The translations under genes were made by a program, and so were the position numbers. Shown here one piece after another: positions 30,790-40,948 of a DNA stretch of 64,000 nucleotides. The stretch is from an uncultured archaeon (GTDB lineage: Archaea > Asgardarchaeota > Lokiarchaeia > Sigyniarchaeales > SOKP01). The notes under the pieces were generated by a model. The model saw nothing but the letters and a program-made list of their open reading frames with translations. It was not told the DNA's origin and ran no database searches. Numbering within the stretch: position 1 is the stretch's first letter; every line of letters begins with the position of its first letter. The stretch spans positions 680,242 to 744,241 of the forward strand of contig CAZALK010000001.1 in NCBI GenBank assembly GCA_964486045.1, given 5' to 3'.

Positions 30790-32157
30790 ATGAAGTTACA
30801 TCAAAATAAAAACAATTTGACATATAGTTATAATACAATTGATATTAAAGAAGCACTTACAAAATTGTCAAACCTTTTAATACTATTTCCATATCATCCT
30901 AGGAAATCTAAAATAGAGAATATAGGATGGTTAACTCCTCAAAAATTATTTCGTAAAAGTGATATCCCAAAAAGACCCTTTTGTGGCATTATTGAAACAT
31001 GTCATAGAAAAGGTTTTCCAGTGTTTAGAGATTGGCTTAATTATATTGAAAATAAAAGTCGAGATAAAAAAAACGTCATAGAAATTAGGAAAAAATTGGT
31101 AAATCATTTAAATGAGTGTATAAAAAATATTGGGTATCAAGAAGAAAATTCAAGAATAATTCTCAATAATCAATTTAAGGAGTTGTATATATGGATTAAA
31201 ATAATGTATGATAAAATCAACTATCTTAAGAATAAAGGGTGTTGGAGTTCAGAATTCTTACAGCAATTAAGAAGAAGAAAAGAAATTTGGGATGCTTACA
31301 AGCAATATCGCAAGATCAAAGCCAAGAAGAGGAGAAAAAAAGTTGATCAATATAATCAAAAAATGGAAGAATTAACGAAAGATGATAAAATTGATGCCTA
31401 TCTTAATAAATTATTCCCAATGAGTTATGACCAATATAAGATAGAAAGAAAACTTCCCAAAAGTTCTTCAGAAAAGGAAATACTAAGATGTAAATTAGTA
31501 AGAACTGAGTATAATTCATATGTTGCAAATTCTCTCTATGATGAGAAGCTTCCCTTAGAAATAATATTTACAAAAATTTTTCATTTCAAACATAACTTAA
31601 AAGAATTTAATATCTTAACTCCACAAGAATTTGATAATTTTATTAATGAAATATTACAATTAATGGGCTATGATTGGGTATCTTGTATTAATGGCGAATT
31701 AATGCTTATAGGATATAGTATAGAAGAAAAAGAGGAAAAAGAAGTCTTTAGATATTTAAAGAAATATCGAAAAGTAATCGAGAATCTTGAAAAAGCCAAA
31801 CAACACATATTGGAAGCAGACTGGAATAGTGTCCCTTTATATTGTTGTAAGGCTATTGAGCACTTTTATAAAAATTTATTAGGACAAAAAAAAGAATTTG
31901 AAAAATACTCAATATCTAGATTAACTCAAAAATTAATAGAGGAAAAGAATATAAATTCTCTCTTTAAAAATTCATCTATTGATATTAACGACGGAATAAA
32001 CCAGCTATTACAATCGGGGAAAAATTTAATTGGAACTCTTAGGAATAGGAAAGATTCAGCTCATGGTAATCTCCTTGATGTAGAAAATTGGGAAGCTAGA
32101 CTAAGTTATAGTTATACTATTTTATTATTGAAGACATTAGAGCTAATTAAGAGTTAA
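30790..32157 (+). CDS. Abortive-infection-like protein with C-terminal Abi_C/HEPN domain
   Basis: LEKAKQHI...CKAIE and GTLRNRKDSAHG motif. Confidence 0.72.
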   Translation: MKLHQNKNNLTYSYNTIDIKEALTKLSNLLILFPYHPRKSKIENIGWLTPQKLFRKSDIPKRPFCGIIETCHRKGFPVFRDWLNYIENKSRDKKNVIEIRKKLVNHLNECIKNIGYQEENSRIILNNQFKELYIWIKIMYDKINYLKNKGCWSSEFLQQLRRRKEIWDAYKQYRKIKAKKRRKKVDQYNQKMEELTKDDKIDAYLNKLFPMSYDQYKIERKLPKSSSEKEILRCKLVRTEYNSYVANSLYDEKLPLEIIFTKIFHFKHNLKEFNILTPQEFDNFINEILQLMGYDWVSCINGELMLIGYSIEEKEEKEVFRYLKKYRKVIENLEKAKQHILEADWNSVPLYCCKAIEHFYKNLLGQKKEFEKYSISRLTQKLIEEKNINSLFKNSSIDINDGINQLLQSGKNLIGTLRNRKDSAHGNLLDVENWEARLSYSYTILLLKTLELIKS

Positions 32158-32562
32158 TAAAAAAATGTAAAATTTCACAGTAAATTAAAAAAAATGCCTA
32201 AAATATATTTATCAATTTCTTTACTTTAAAACCTTCAATAATAATCATAGTTATTTTTTTTTCAATTCATATTAATATAATTAAATACCTCCAGCCTTTT
32301 CTGAAGTTTTAATAATAAATATAAAGCGTTAGCAATCTCTGAAAGAATTGATTTTTCTTTTAAAGGTGAAAAAGTAATTTGCAGTTTATTATTTCAAAGA
32401 TTGAAAAAACCATCACAGATTAATAAAACATTTTGAGAATATGAGTTTAAAAGCTATAAATTTAATTTTCTGGAATATCTTCAAGGTAATTAATTTAATA
32501 ATTTTAAAAGTAGAGTCAAAAATTGAGAAATACCTTACCATTTCCAAATAAATATCAAAGAT

Positions 32563-33312
32563 TTAAGCTGATTTTTGAAAGTGTGATAAATATTTTTCTA
32601 CATCTGGATATCTAGTCACAATATTTTCATCAATCAAATATATGAACTCAGCTACATCTAGCATACAGTCCTCTACTGTTTCAATATTAATTAGATCATA
32701 TTCTAAAAAGATTGCACCTGTTATCCCATGAGCAGTACGATGTCTTATGCTCATATAGCTTGTCTTATGTCTAGAATAAATTTTTGACCAGAGAACATTA
32801 TTTATTCCAGCCAAACATATATTTAACATCTTAAACGCATTTTTTAAATTATCTTTACTTTGAAGATTAAATCTTTCTGGTAAGAGAGAAAATAATCGTT
32901 TTTTACCCAAGCGTTTATAATTTTTCCTAGTTTTCTTAATCTTTCTATTAAACCTTTTTAAAAATTTCTTGAATTTATCATATGCAATATTATCAATCAA
33001 AGTTAGTTTTGATAAATGTCGAAAAAGTTTTGTCAAATAGATTTCTAATGAAGTAATAGTCAATAATATAGCTATTTGGGTGAAGGAGTAATATCTAAAT
33101 CTCTGATTATTTTTCTTCGCATCTAAAATGATAGAATATATTAATAAAACACGATTAAAATGAACAATATTTTCGCTAAACGCGACTGAGTGAGTTTTAA
33201 AAATAGTAGGGTAGCTATATTTAAGGGAATTTTGGTTAATTTCTTCTACCTCTGCCTCAACTATATTATATTGAGATAACTCCTTTTTTAATTCTACTAA
33301 ATTACCAATCAT
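32563..33312 (-). CDS. HEPN domain protein (putative RNase)
   Basis: TSLEIYL N-terminal helix, NLQ, IRHRTAHG (R-x4-H). Confidence 0.7.
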   Translation of the reverse strand: MIGNLVELKKELSQYNIVEAEVEEINQNSLKYSYPTIFKTHSVAFSENIVHFNRVLLIYSIILDAKKNNQRFRYYSFTQIAILLTITSLEIYLTKLFRHLSKLTLIDNIAYDKFKKFLKRFNRKIKKTRKNYKRLGKKRLFSLLPERFNLQSKDNLKNAFKMLNICLAGINNVLWSKIYSRHKTSYMSIRHRTAHGITGAIFLEYDLINIETVEDCMLDVAEFIYLIDENIVTRYPDVEKYLSHFQKSA

Positions 33313-33534
33313 GATTTTGAATATTTGGAAATTACATTATTCTAATTAGAAATTATAAAAGAACCCTTTCTATCAATTAAAGATAGAACCATTTATTAAA
33401 TATCTTAAAGATCTTTTTTAAAAAAAGATGATTTTAATTGAATCCTTAAAAGATTCATTATTAATTGTGATTTAATTTTATTAATATAAAAAAGTATGTG
33501 AAATAATGATGAAAATGTCAAAAAAGAGGAGAAG

Positions 33535-34452
33535 ATGTATTCAATGAGTGATTTAAGATCAAAAATAAAAGGAATATCCATTTCAGATTTGATTGGAAAA
33601 AATAAAGAAGTAAAAGGTAAATTTAAGGAATGGTTTTTCAAACCGCCATTTAGTAAGAGTAAGTTATCAATGATTCATCCCCTAATTACGGATAAAGCTC
33701 CACTCTTAGGAACTGCTTTCGATTATCTACTCCGTTTTATATTACAATATTCAAATTCTAAGGTGAAAACCATGGTTTGGGCTGCAGAAAAGACCTTATT
33801 AGACTCTAGGGTTAGAAAAATCATTAAACGCTTCAATCCAGAAGCTAATGAACAATTAATAGAATCTTGGCTAAAAGAAGGTAAAACATTATTAACAATT
33901 GCAAAGGAAAACCATTCAAAATTCCTGAAGGATGGGGAAATTACAGGAGATTTGTTGAGATCTTGCCTTCATCTGGCGAAATTGGATGTACTTCATAGAA
34001 GAGGAATTATAGTTAGATTTGATGATATCAATGCTGGAGATATTAAAGATTTACGCTCCTTAATCAGTAATATTCGGATGGAGCAATTCCATGTAGATGA
34101 CGTGTGTTTATTAAGTCCTACTTTCAGCAACGCGACTAAAATCTCTGGCATTGACGGTGAAGCAGATCTTGTATTGGATGATACCTTGATTGATATAAAG
34201 ACCTATACTAGTCCAAAATTTGAACGGAGGTTTTTTGATCAATTAATGGGATATTATCTTCTTTCGAAGATCGGAGGGATTGATGGAGCCCCCGAAAATC
34301 ATGAAATCAATAAGATAGGCATATACTTCTCTCGGCATGAATACCTGCATGTAATAAATGTAAAAGATGTTTTTAATCAATCTGATTTAAGCTCAATTCT
34401 AGGTTGGTTTATTGCCAAAGGAAATGAGATTTCTGGATTGAAAGTAAGTTGA
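33535..34452 (+). CDS. PD-(D/E)xK superfamily nuclease
   Basis: GTAFDYLLR, GEADLVLDDTLIDIKT, QLMGY, YFSR. Confidence 0.78.
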   Translation: MYSMSDLRSKIKGISISDLIGKNKEVKGKFKEWFFKPPFSKSKLSMIHPLITDKAPLLGTAFDYLLRFILQYSNSKVKTMVWAAEKTLLDSRVRKIIKRFNPEANEQLIESWLKEGKTLLTIAKENHSKFLKDGEITGDLLRSCLHLAKLDVLHRRGIIVRFDDINAGDIKDLRSLISNIRMEQFHVDDVCLLSPTFSNATKISGIDGEADLVLDDTLIDIKTYTSPKFERRFFDQLMGYYLLSKIGGIDGAPENHEINKIGIYFSRHEYLHVINVKDVFNQSDLSSILGWFIAKGNEISGLKVS

Positions 34453-35078
34453 AACGGTTACAATATCAAAAGTTGATAGAAATTTTGATAGAGTAATCGG
34501 ATCGGACAAGTTTATTGAATGTGATACATTATTGTTATCGGTAGGATTAATACCTGAAAATGAATTGACTAGAGAAGCAGGAGCGAAAATCTCCAAAATG
34601 GGAGGCCCCGTTGTAGACAACAATTTAGAAACCACATTAGAAGGAATCTTTGCTTGTGGCAACGTACTACAAGTTCATGACTTAGTTGACCTTGTTACGG
34701 CCGAAGCAAAGCGAGCGGGATTAAATGCAATTGACTATTTAACTAATAGATATAGAAAAAAAACAGAAAAGAGATATTATAATTAAGTGCAAATCTGGAG
34801 AAAATGTTAATTATGTTAAGCCTGATCTAATAAAAAAATCTGATTTATCAAAAGGCATTATATTCCATTTTCGGGTCAAACAACCAGATAGAAGAATTCT
34901 AATCCAATTTAAAGATAATAATAACAAGATCGTTTATGAGCGAAAAAGAAGATATGTAATACCTAGTGAAATGATTGAGTTAAGAATAAATTTAAGTGAA
35001 TACCAAATAGATCCCAATTGTAAAAGTTTAAAAGTTGAAGTAATTCCTCGTCCAGAGGTTATGATTGAAGAAGACTAA
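34448..35078 (+). pseudogene. 5'-truncated, frameshifted NAD(P)/FAD-dependent oxidoreductase (type found with GlpA-like and DUF1667 genes)
   Basis: ECDTLLLSVGLIPENEL and GIFACGNVLQVHDLVD in frame from 34448; extra A in the A8 run near 34756-34763; continues GENVNYVKP...FRV...PSEM to TAA 35078; N-terminal FAD domain missing. Confidence 0.82.
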
Positions 35079-35094
35079 ATTAAAGGTAACTAAA

Positions 35095-35478
35095 ATGTCA
35101 GAATCAAAGGTTCCAGAAGGAAGTAAAGAAATACGTTGTATTGTGTGCCCCACCGGCTGCTTCGTCCACGTTGAGAATATTTCAGGAGAACTTGTAATTG
35201 AAGGGCATTCGTGTAAAAGGGGGGAAGTATATGCTCGAGAAGAATTTATATCACCAAAACGAATTCTTACTACTACTATGAGAGTTGAAAATGGATTCTT
35301 ACCATTAATTCCTGTAAGATCTGATAAACCTATACCAAAAGAAAGACTCGGAGAAGCTTTAAAACAGATTGCATTCACTAAAATTAAAGCCCCAATTAAA
35401 ATGGGTGATGTTTTACTTAAAGATATATTAGGATTAGAGGTTAATGTCATCGCCAGTAGAGATTTAATTAAGGCTTAG
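35095..35478 (+). CDS. DUF1667 family metal-binding protein
   Basis: CIVCPTGC, SCKRG..YA..E...PKR, APIKMGD; start set to ATG 35095. Confidence 0.85.
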   Translation: MSESKVPEGSKEIRCIVCPTGCFVHVENISGELVIEGHSCKRGEVYAREEFISPKRILTTTMRVENGFLPLIPVRSDKPIPKERLGEALKQIAFTKIKAPIKMGDVLLKDILGLEVNVIASRDLIKA

Positions 35479-35604
35479 TAATTTTTTTCTACTTTTAGCT
35501 AAATTTTGTATTATTAGACAAGTTAATAAACAAAGAATTGATAATTTAAATTCAAGAAATCAAATTTCATACTTGGATTTCTTCAATAAATATTATTTAG
35601 GTGA

Positions 35605-35910
35605 ATAAGAATAACAAGAACCACTCGAGAATGGTTATTATCTTGGGTATTAGTAGGGATTGCATTTATTACTATGCTGATCCTTATACCTTTTTTTGGT
35701 CCCCAAGCTGGTTCAAATCCAATTGCAGTCATAATTTTAATTACTATAATTATAATTTCAGTTTGTTTATTAAGTATGAACAGATATATTTCCAGTTATT
35801 TTAAATCAAAAATTCAAGATAAGAAGCAAGTAGTTTTAATTTGTCCCAGATGTAATATTCTAGTGAAAAAAGATCCAGGTATTTGCCCCGAATGTGGCAA
35901 TAAATTATAA
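35605..35910 (+). CDS. Two-TM membrane protein with C-terminal zinc ribbon (probable ATA start)
   Basis: CPRC...CPECG; frame open from 35605 adds TM EWLLSWVLVGIAFIT after SD AGGTGA. Confidence 0.65.
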   Translation: MRITRTTREWLLSWVLVGIAFITMLILIPFFGPQAGSNPIAVIILITIIIISVCLLSMNRYISSYFKSKIQDKKQVVLICPRCNILVKKDPGICPECGNKL

Positions 35911-36179
35911 AATGAAAAATTCTCCTCTTTTCCCTATTTATTAATATTTTCATCTTTTATTCAAAATTAATGTTAAATGAAACTTTAATGATAAGATTCA
36001 AGTTCTAATTCTTTTACAGATAGAGCATTTTAGATCCAATTATTAATTATATCGTTAAGGAAATTGTATGAGACAATATTAGTAAGAGGAGATAACTTTA
36101 AATATACTCTTTACTAAATAATAAACAATCAAAGGATAGAACTTATATTATTAGAAAAAATTGAGGTGTAAATCTTAAA

Positions 36180-36725
36180 TTGGCAGAAATTTACGTACCT
36201 ATTGATTGTTCCAGCATTAGAAAAGTGATTCCCCAAGGAGAAGATATTCTTTATAGTACAATGTGCAAAATGATAGTTAACAAAGGTTCGGAAGGTATTT
36301 ATCTTATCAATTTAACAACCTGGATTACACATGTTTTAATGACTAAAAGTGGTTTTGCAATGAATATACACCAAAAATATCAAGTGACAGAAAGAAAATT
36401 CATTCCCTGGTATGAGATTAAATACCTTAATCCTGTAGGAATTTACTGGGGATTAAGATCAAAACGTCTCGAATTTATTAGAGATCCGAATTTTGAAACC
36501 AAAAATGGTTTTAAAAATCGTAAATGGGAGTTTCCATTGAAATTTATACCAATTGCCATTGAAAGCAGGAAAAATCGAATCGCTGAAATGGAAGCTAATC
36601 CAACCAAATTTAAATCCAGGTTTATTAGAAAAATGAAGAGAAGGATTTATGGTTTAGATATTGAGCTAGATAAATATAGGAAAAAAGCCAATAGAAAAAT
36701 GACAAAGATGGATAAGAATAAGTAG
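36180..36725 (+). CDS. Hypothetical protein (possibly PH-like)
   Basis: SD GAGGTG; IPQGEDILYSTMC, HVLMTKSG, FIPW. Confidence 0.65.
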   Translation: MAEIYVPIDCSSIRKVIPQGEDILYSTMCKMIVNKGSEGIYLINLTTWITHVLMTKSGFAMNIHQKYQVTERKFIPWYEIKYLNPVGIYWGLRSKRLEFIRDPNFETKNGFKNRKWEFPLKFIPIAIESRKNRIAEMEANPTKFKSRFIRKMKRRIYGLDIELDKYRKKANRKMTKMDKNK

Positions 36726-36929
36726 TTAATTTTAGTCATCATAAGCTTCTTTTTTAAAATTTTATATAAGATAAAAATTAGTAATAATTTATTTCGCACA
36801 CTATTAGTAAAAAATTTCTGGTTCAATTTTTTCTTTGGATGTCTTGAAAAATCCATAGAAGTCGATATCCGTAAAAAGGTTATCAGTAGGTCTCACTGAC
36901 ATTAACTATTCTAATTTTCTCTCATTGTT

Positions 36930-37355
36930 TCATAAAACCTCAGATCGAAGTTTAATTGGTATTGTAAGCGCATGACCAATATCAGTATATAATTTAGCAG
37001 ATAGTGTAAAAACACCGGATTCCTTAGGTAATATTGTAACAGGAGCTCTTACGGTACTATTTGCCCCGATGGCCTGAAAATTTAATAAATTTGTTAATAA
37101 TTCAACTTGGGGTGGTCCAGAGAGTTTAACCTTAACATCGGGTATAGAATTTAAGCTATTATTTTTAACTTTCAGAAAGAATTTTTTGACTGTGTTAGGG
37201 TATACGAATAGAACTTCAATATCTTCTTCAAGGGAGATTTCAAAGTCTGATTCTGATATGGGACCTGTGAATTTTGGTTTTTGTAAGTTTTTTCCACATT
37301 TAAGACAAAAATCTGCTCCTTCAGATACGTTTGAACCACATTTAGGGCAAAACAT
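36930..37355 (-). CDS. Zinc-ribbon plus Ig/CARDB-like domain protein
   Basis: MFCPKCG...FCLKCG; beta-sandwich pattern LKVKNNS...V.L...P...G.FTL. Confidence 0.75.
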   Translation of the reverse strand: MFCPKCGSNVSEGADFCLKCGKNLQKPKFTGPISESDFEISLEEDIEVLFVYPNTVKKFFLKVKNNSLNSIPDVKVKLSGPPQVELLTNLLNFQAIGANSTVRAPVTILPKESGVFTLSAKLYTDIGHALTIPIKLRSEVL

Positions 37356-37533
37356 TTTAAATTATGATTTTTTAATTGACCTTCATTTAATTAGGAATTA
37401 CAGATTAAAGTAAGTAACTTTTTCTTTTTAATCTACTTGAAAAATAATATAATTATAAAATTAGTATCACTTCAATTTTTAAGTTTTATACTAATTTTAA
37501 ATGCTTAAATATTATGAGATTATTTTACACTCT

Positions 37534-37774
37534 AGAAGAATTTATATCACCCAAACGAATTCTTACCACTACTATGAGAGTTGAAAATGGTTTCTTACCA
37601 TTAATTCCTGTGAGATCTGATAGACCTATTCCAAAAGAAAGACTCCTAGAGGCTTTAAAACAGATTGCATTCACTAAAATAAAAGCTCCAATTAAAATGG
37701 GTGATATTCTACTTAAAGATTTATTAGGATTAGAGGTTGATATCATCGCCAGTCGAGATTTAATTAAGGTTTAA
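37534..37774 (+). pseudogene. Duplicated 3' fragment of the DUF1667 gene
   Basis: EEFISPKR...ASRDLIK at about 92% nt identity to 35238-35478; lacks the CxxCxxxC N-terminus. Confidence 0.88.
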
Positions 37775-37874
37775 CTAATTATTGTTTTCTCCCGGTTCTT
37801 TCTTATCACTTTTTTGAAAATCATAAAAAATTTTAAACAACAAGCAACTAATTACTTTAGCTGTTAATCAAAAA

Positions 37875-38993
37875 TTGAAACTAAAAAAAAATGTGTTAAA
37901 AATGGCTCAAGATCAAACGAATAAAGAAATAACCATTGCAGAACAAACAAAAAAATTCCTTGTTAAAAGTATGTATGGATTCCAAACTATCCTTACCTAT
38001 GGTTTAGGACAACGGTTAGGTATTTATGAATATCTATATGAAAAAGGTAAGAAAAGTGAAAAAAAAATGACTTTTGTGTCATTTAATCTTGAAGAACTCT
38101 CTGAAAACTTAAATCTCGATTTAACATATTTAGATGCATGGCTTCACCTATCAATTGCATGTGGTATATTCGAAATTGATGAAACTTGTGAAAGGTGTGC
38201 TAAAACAGCTCCATATGTATACGATTTATTAATTGATCATGAAAATATGTTTTATATAGGGCAGATGATGGCAGGATTTTATGTTATGGCTACTAACCAA
38301 GACCTCTTTATTAACGGCATCAAAACTGGCAAAATCTACAACATTCTAGACGTACCTGGGGGAGAATATAAGGGAGCCCAATTAATGAGTGCAAGATTTG
38401 GCAGCTTAGTGGAAAGATTATTCGCAAAATATTGTAAAGAAGATAGAAAAAAAATCTTAAAAGAGACCGCGAAAATAATTGAAATTGGGTGTGGGTATGG
38501 TTATAATCTCGTAGGTTGGATGAAAAGATATAAAAAAGCAAAATTTGTTGGAATTGATATTGATCCAGATGGGATTAAACATGCGAAACAACTAACAGAG
38601 GGAAATAACTGGAATGATAGAGTAGAGTTATATCATATCCCCCTGGAAGATTATATAACTAAGACAGATAATAAATTTGATATAGTTATCCTCAATATGG
38701 TTTTGCATGAGATGAACCCCGATGATAAATATAGGTTGAGTGTTTTAGAGAATATCTATGGATTATTAAAGGACGATGGTTTACTGATTATTGGAGATAC
38801 GATGATTCCTGATACATTCAATCCAAATACTAAATTTCAACTATTTGATGTAATGCATAAAATGTTGGAAGTAGCAATTGGATCTAAATTTTATAATGAA
38901 AAAACTTTCAAAGATCTTGTTGATTCCAGTTCATTTAGTCAAGTTGAATTAATAAAAGAAGGTGCTAATTATTTCTGGGCTATAAGGAAATAA
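37875..38993 (+). CDS. Class I SAM-dependent methyltransferase with N-terminal wHTH
   Basis: EIGCGYG, GIDID, FD...VLHE, LLKDDG. Confidence 0.9.
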   Translation: MKLKKNVLKMAQDQTNKEITIAEQTKKFLVKSMYGFQTILTYGLGQRLGIYEYLYEKGKKSEKKMTFVSFNLEELSENLNLDLTYLDAWLHLSIACGIFEIDETCERCAKTAPYVYDLLIDHENMFYIGQMMAGFYVMATNQDLFINGIKTGKIYNILDVPGGEYKGAQLMSARFGSLVERLFAKYCKEDRKKILKETAKIIEIGCGYGYNLVGWMKRYKKAKFVGIDIDPDGIKHAKQLTEGNNWNDRVELYHIPLEDYITKTDNKFDIVILNMVLHEMNPDDKYRLSVLENIYGLLKDDGLLIIGDTMIPDTFNPNTKFQLFDVMHKMLEVAIGSKFYNEKTFKDLVDSSSFSQVELIKEGANYFWAIRK

Positions 38994-39201
38994 AAGAGTT
39001 TCTAACTCCTCCAGGCTATAGAAATTCGGGAATCCATTCTCGATTTCCTCAAAGAAATTGAGGAAAATAGAAGAAAATATTAAAAATTGTAAACCCTCAA
39101 TTAGACTCCTTTAAATAGCTTACTTGAGTTCTAAAGATTTGCTTAAATATATAAAGTAATACTTTGATTAATTAATAAATTAATTTTGAGGAGAATTTTA
39201 C

Positions 39202-39558
39202 TTGTCAGAATTTGAACAAAAAGTTATAAAATTACTAGGAGACATAAATGGAAAACTTGATTCCCTATTAAAAGGAGACTCTGGAACCGCCACTGTGGCT
39301 TCATACACTTCACCCGCACCGAGTTCTGCTACTACTCCCGGTCAGAGTAGACCCAAACCTTCTGAACTAGTTGAAAGGCAAAAAGAGGAAGAAAAAATGA
39401 TTGAGAAACCTCCGGTTGAAGGACGGAGGGTTTGTCCAAAATGTGGGGGTAAAACCTTTAATGCAATTGAAGATAAATCCCAGGTTTTGCATCAAATGGG
39501 TGGGGTTAAGATTTACGCCAAAAAATATATATGTAAAGGCTGTGGGACTGAAGTCTAA
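39202..39558 (+). CDS. Small protein with C-terminal zinc ribbon homologous to the gelsolin C-terminal domain
   Basis: EGRRVCPKCG...EDKS.VL...IYAKKYICKGCG. Confidence 0.78.
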   Translation: MSEFEQKVIKLLGDINGKLDSLLKGDSGTATVASYTSPAPSSATTPGQSRPKPSELVERQKEEEKMIEKPPVEGRRVCPKCGGKTFNAIEDKSQVLHQMGGVKIYAKKYICKGCGTEV

Positions 39559-39762
39559 TATATCTTACGTCAACAAAACCGCTTCATTTCCTCTTTTGAG
39601 TTCTCTACTGCTGGGAAATTTATAGTTTTTTTTTATTTTTTATCTCTTCCCTAAATATATCTATCTTTTAGAACTTTTTAGTTAGATTTTTAATTTGAAT
39701 TAGCTTAAAATCTTTAATAGAAATATAATTCAGAGTTAATGGTGTTCAAATAAATTCCACAA

Positions 39763-40839
39763 TTGAGAGTAAAACAGTTGTTTCAATATGTAAAAAATTT
39801 CCTATTAAATAATTTCTCAAATATCAAGGTCCCTTATTCGGCACAAATTGAATTAACACTTCGCTGTAATGGAAAATGCCCTTTTTGCTCTATTCATTCT
39901 TTACCTTCTTCAATTACAAGTAAAGATATGACAACAAAACAAATTAAAAATTTAATCGATCAAATTGCTGATCTCGGTGTTCTGGCATTATCATTCACAG
40001 GTGGTGAACCTACTTTAAGAAAAGATCTTCCAGAACTCATATATCACACCGGAGTGATACATAATTTTATGAATGGAATGGCCTCTAATGGGTATTTGTT
40101 ACCGAAACTGCTAAGAGAAGATAGACTAGAAGGCTTGGATTATATATTACTTTCCCTAGATTATCCTAACGCAAAACTACATGATAAATGGAGAGGAATT
40201 AAAACATTTAACAAAGTAATAGAATCAATAAAGCTTGCATATAGAAATGATATAAAACCGATCATAAGTACGGTGGTTATGAAAGACAACATTCGCTTTT
40301 TAGGGGAGATGTGTGAATTGGCAGAAAAATTAAATGCATCCATTGAAATCTACCCATGCGAAGATATAATTAGAAACTTTTCTGAAAAAAGCTATCAGGT
40401 TGACAATATCAATGAATTAATACCAGATATCTCTTTATGGGCTAATATAATTCGATCTTTAAGAAAACAATTCAAGAATATTTTAACAGATTCAATTAGC
40501 ATAGAAGTGGTTGAAAAAGGTGGATTTGGGGGATCTCCTTCATACCACCAGAAAATTTTACGTTGTCATGTTGCTGAATCTTATTTATTTATAAGTCATG
40601 ATGGATTAATTCATTACCCTTGTAAAATCCATCCTCTTAAGAGTTTTAGCATTTTAAAACACCCTATATCTACCATCTATAAATCAACGGAAGTAGGAGA
40701 GATAATGAAAAACTATGATAATTATGATTTTTGTGATAATTGTCGTTTGGGTTGTGCTATAGCATCTTCAATCCCAACTCGTTGGAAAACAGTCTATACT
40801 AAATACATAAAAGGATTTTTGGACGGTAATTTGCGGTAA
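39763..40839 (+). CDS. Radical SAM protein with C-terminal SPASM/Twitch-like Cys cluster
   Basis: CNGKCPFC, FTGGEP, C..PC and CDNC...C. Confidence 0.92.
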   Translation: MRVKQLFQYVKNFLLNNFSNIKVPYSAQIELTLRCNGKCPFCSIHSLPSSITSKDMTTKQIKNLIDQIADLGVLALSFTGGEPTLRKDLPELIYHTGVIHNFMNGMASNGYLLPKLLREDRLEGLDYILLSLDYPNAKLHDKWRGIKTFNKVIESIKLAYRNDIKPIISTVVMKDNIRFLGEMCELAEKLNASIEIYPCEDIIRNFSEKSYQVDNINELIPDISLWANIIRSLRKQFKNILTDSISIEVVEKGGFGGSPSYHQKILRCHVAESYLFISHDGLIHYPCKIHPLKSFSILKHPISTIYKSTEVGEIMKNYDNYDFCDNCRLGCAIASSIPTRWKTVYTKYIKGFLDGNLR

Positions 40840-40948
40840 TACAAAATATATAAGATAAATCTCAAAAGTTCTCATTCCGTTTTAATAATAGATTCGATAT
40901 CAAAAAATTTAATTAAAATTATGATTTTCATAATTTAGTGATGCTATT

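Larger units (their letters stand above)
20317..34452. mobile_element. Accessory/defence genomic island (boundaries approximate; no integrase seen)
   Basis: Switch from core genes to nucleases, HEPN proteins and an ATPase; long AT-rich gaps; right edge truncates an oxidoreductase gene at about 34448. Confidence 0.55.
35238..37774 (+). repeat. 241-bp imperfect direct repeat (35238-35478 and 37534-37774) flanking about 2 kb of cargo
   Basis: Offset 2296, no indels, about 19 substitutions by eye. Confidence 0.93.

Noticed and set aside
36800-36903. Short minus-strand ORF MSVRPTDNLF... after the Zn-ribbon gene
   Set aside because: Only about 32 codons with no motif; may be a remnant but cannot be supported.
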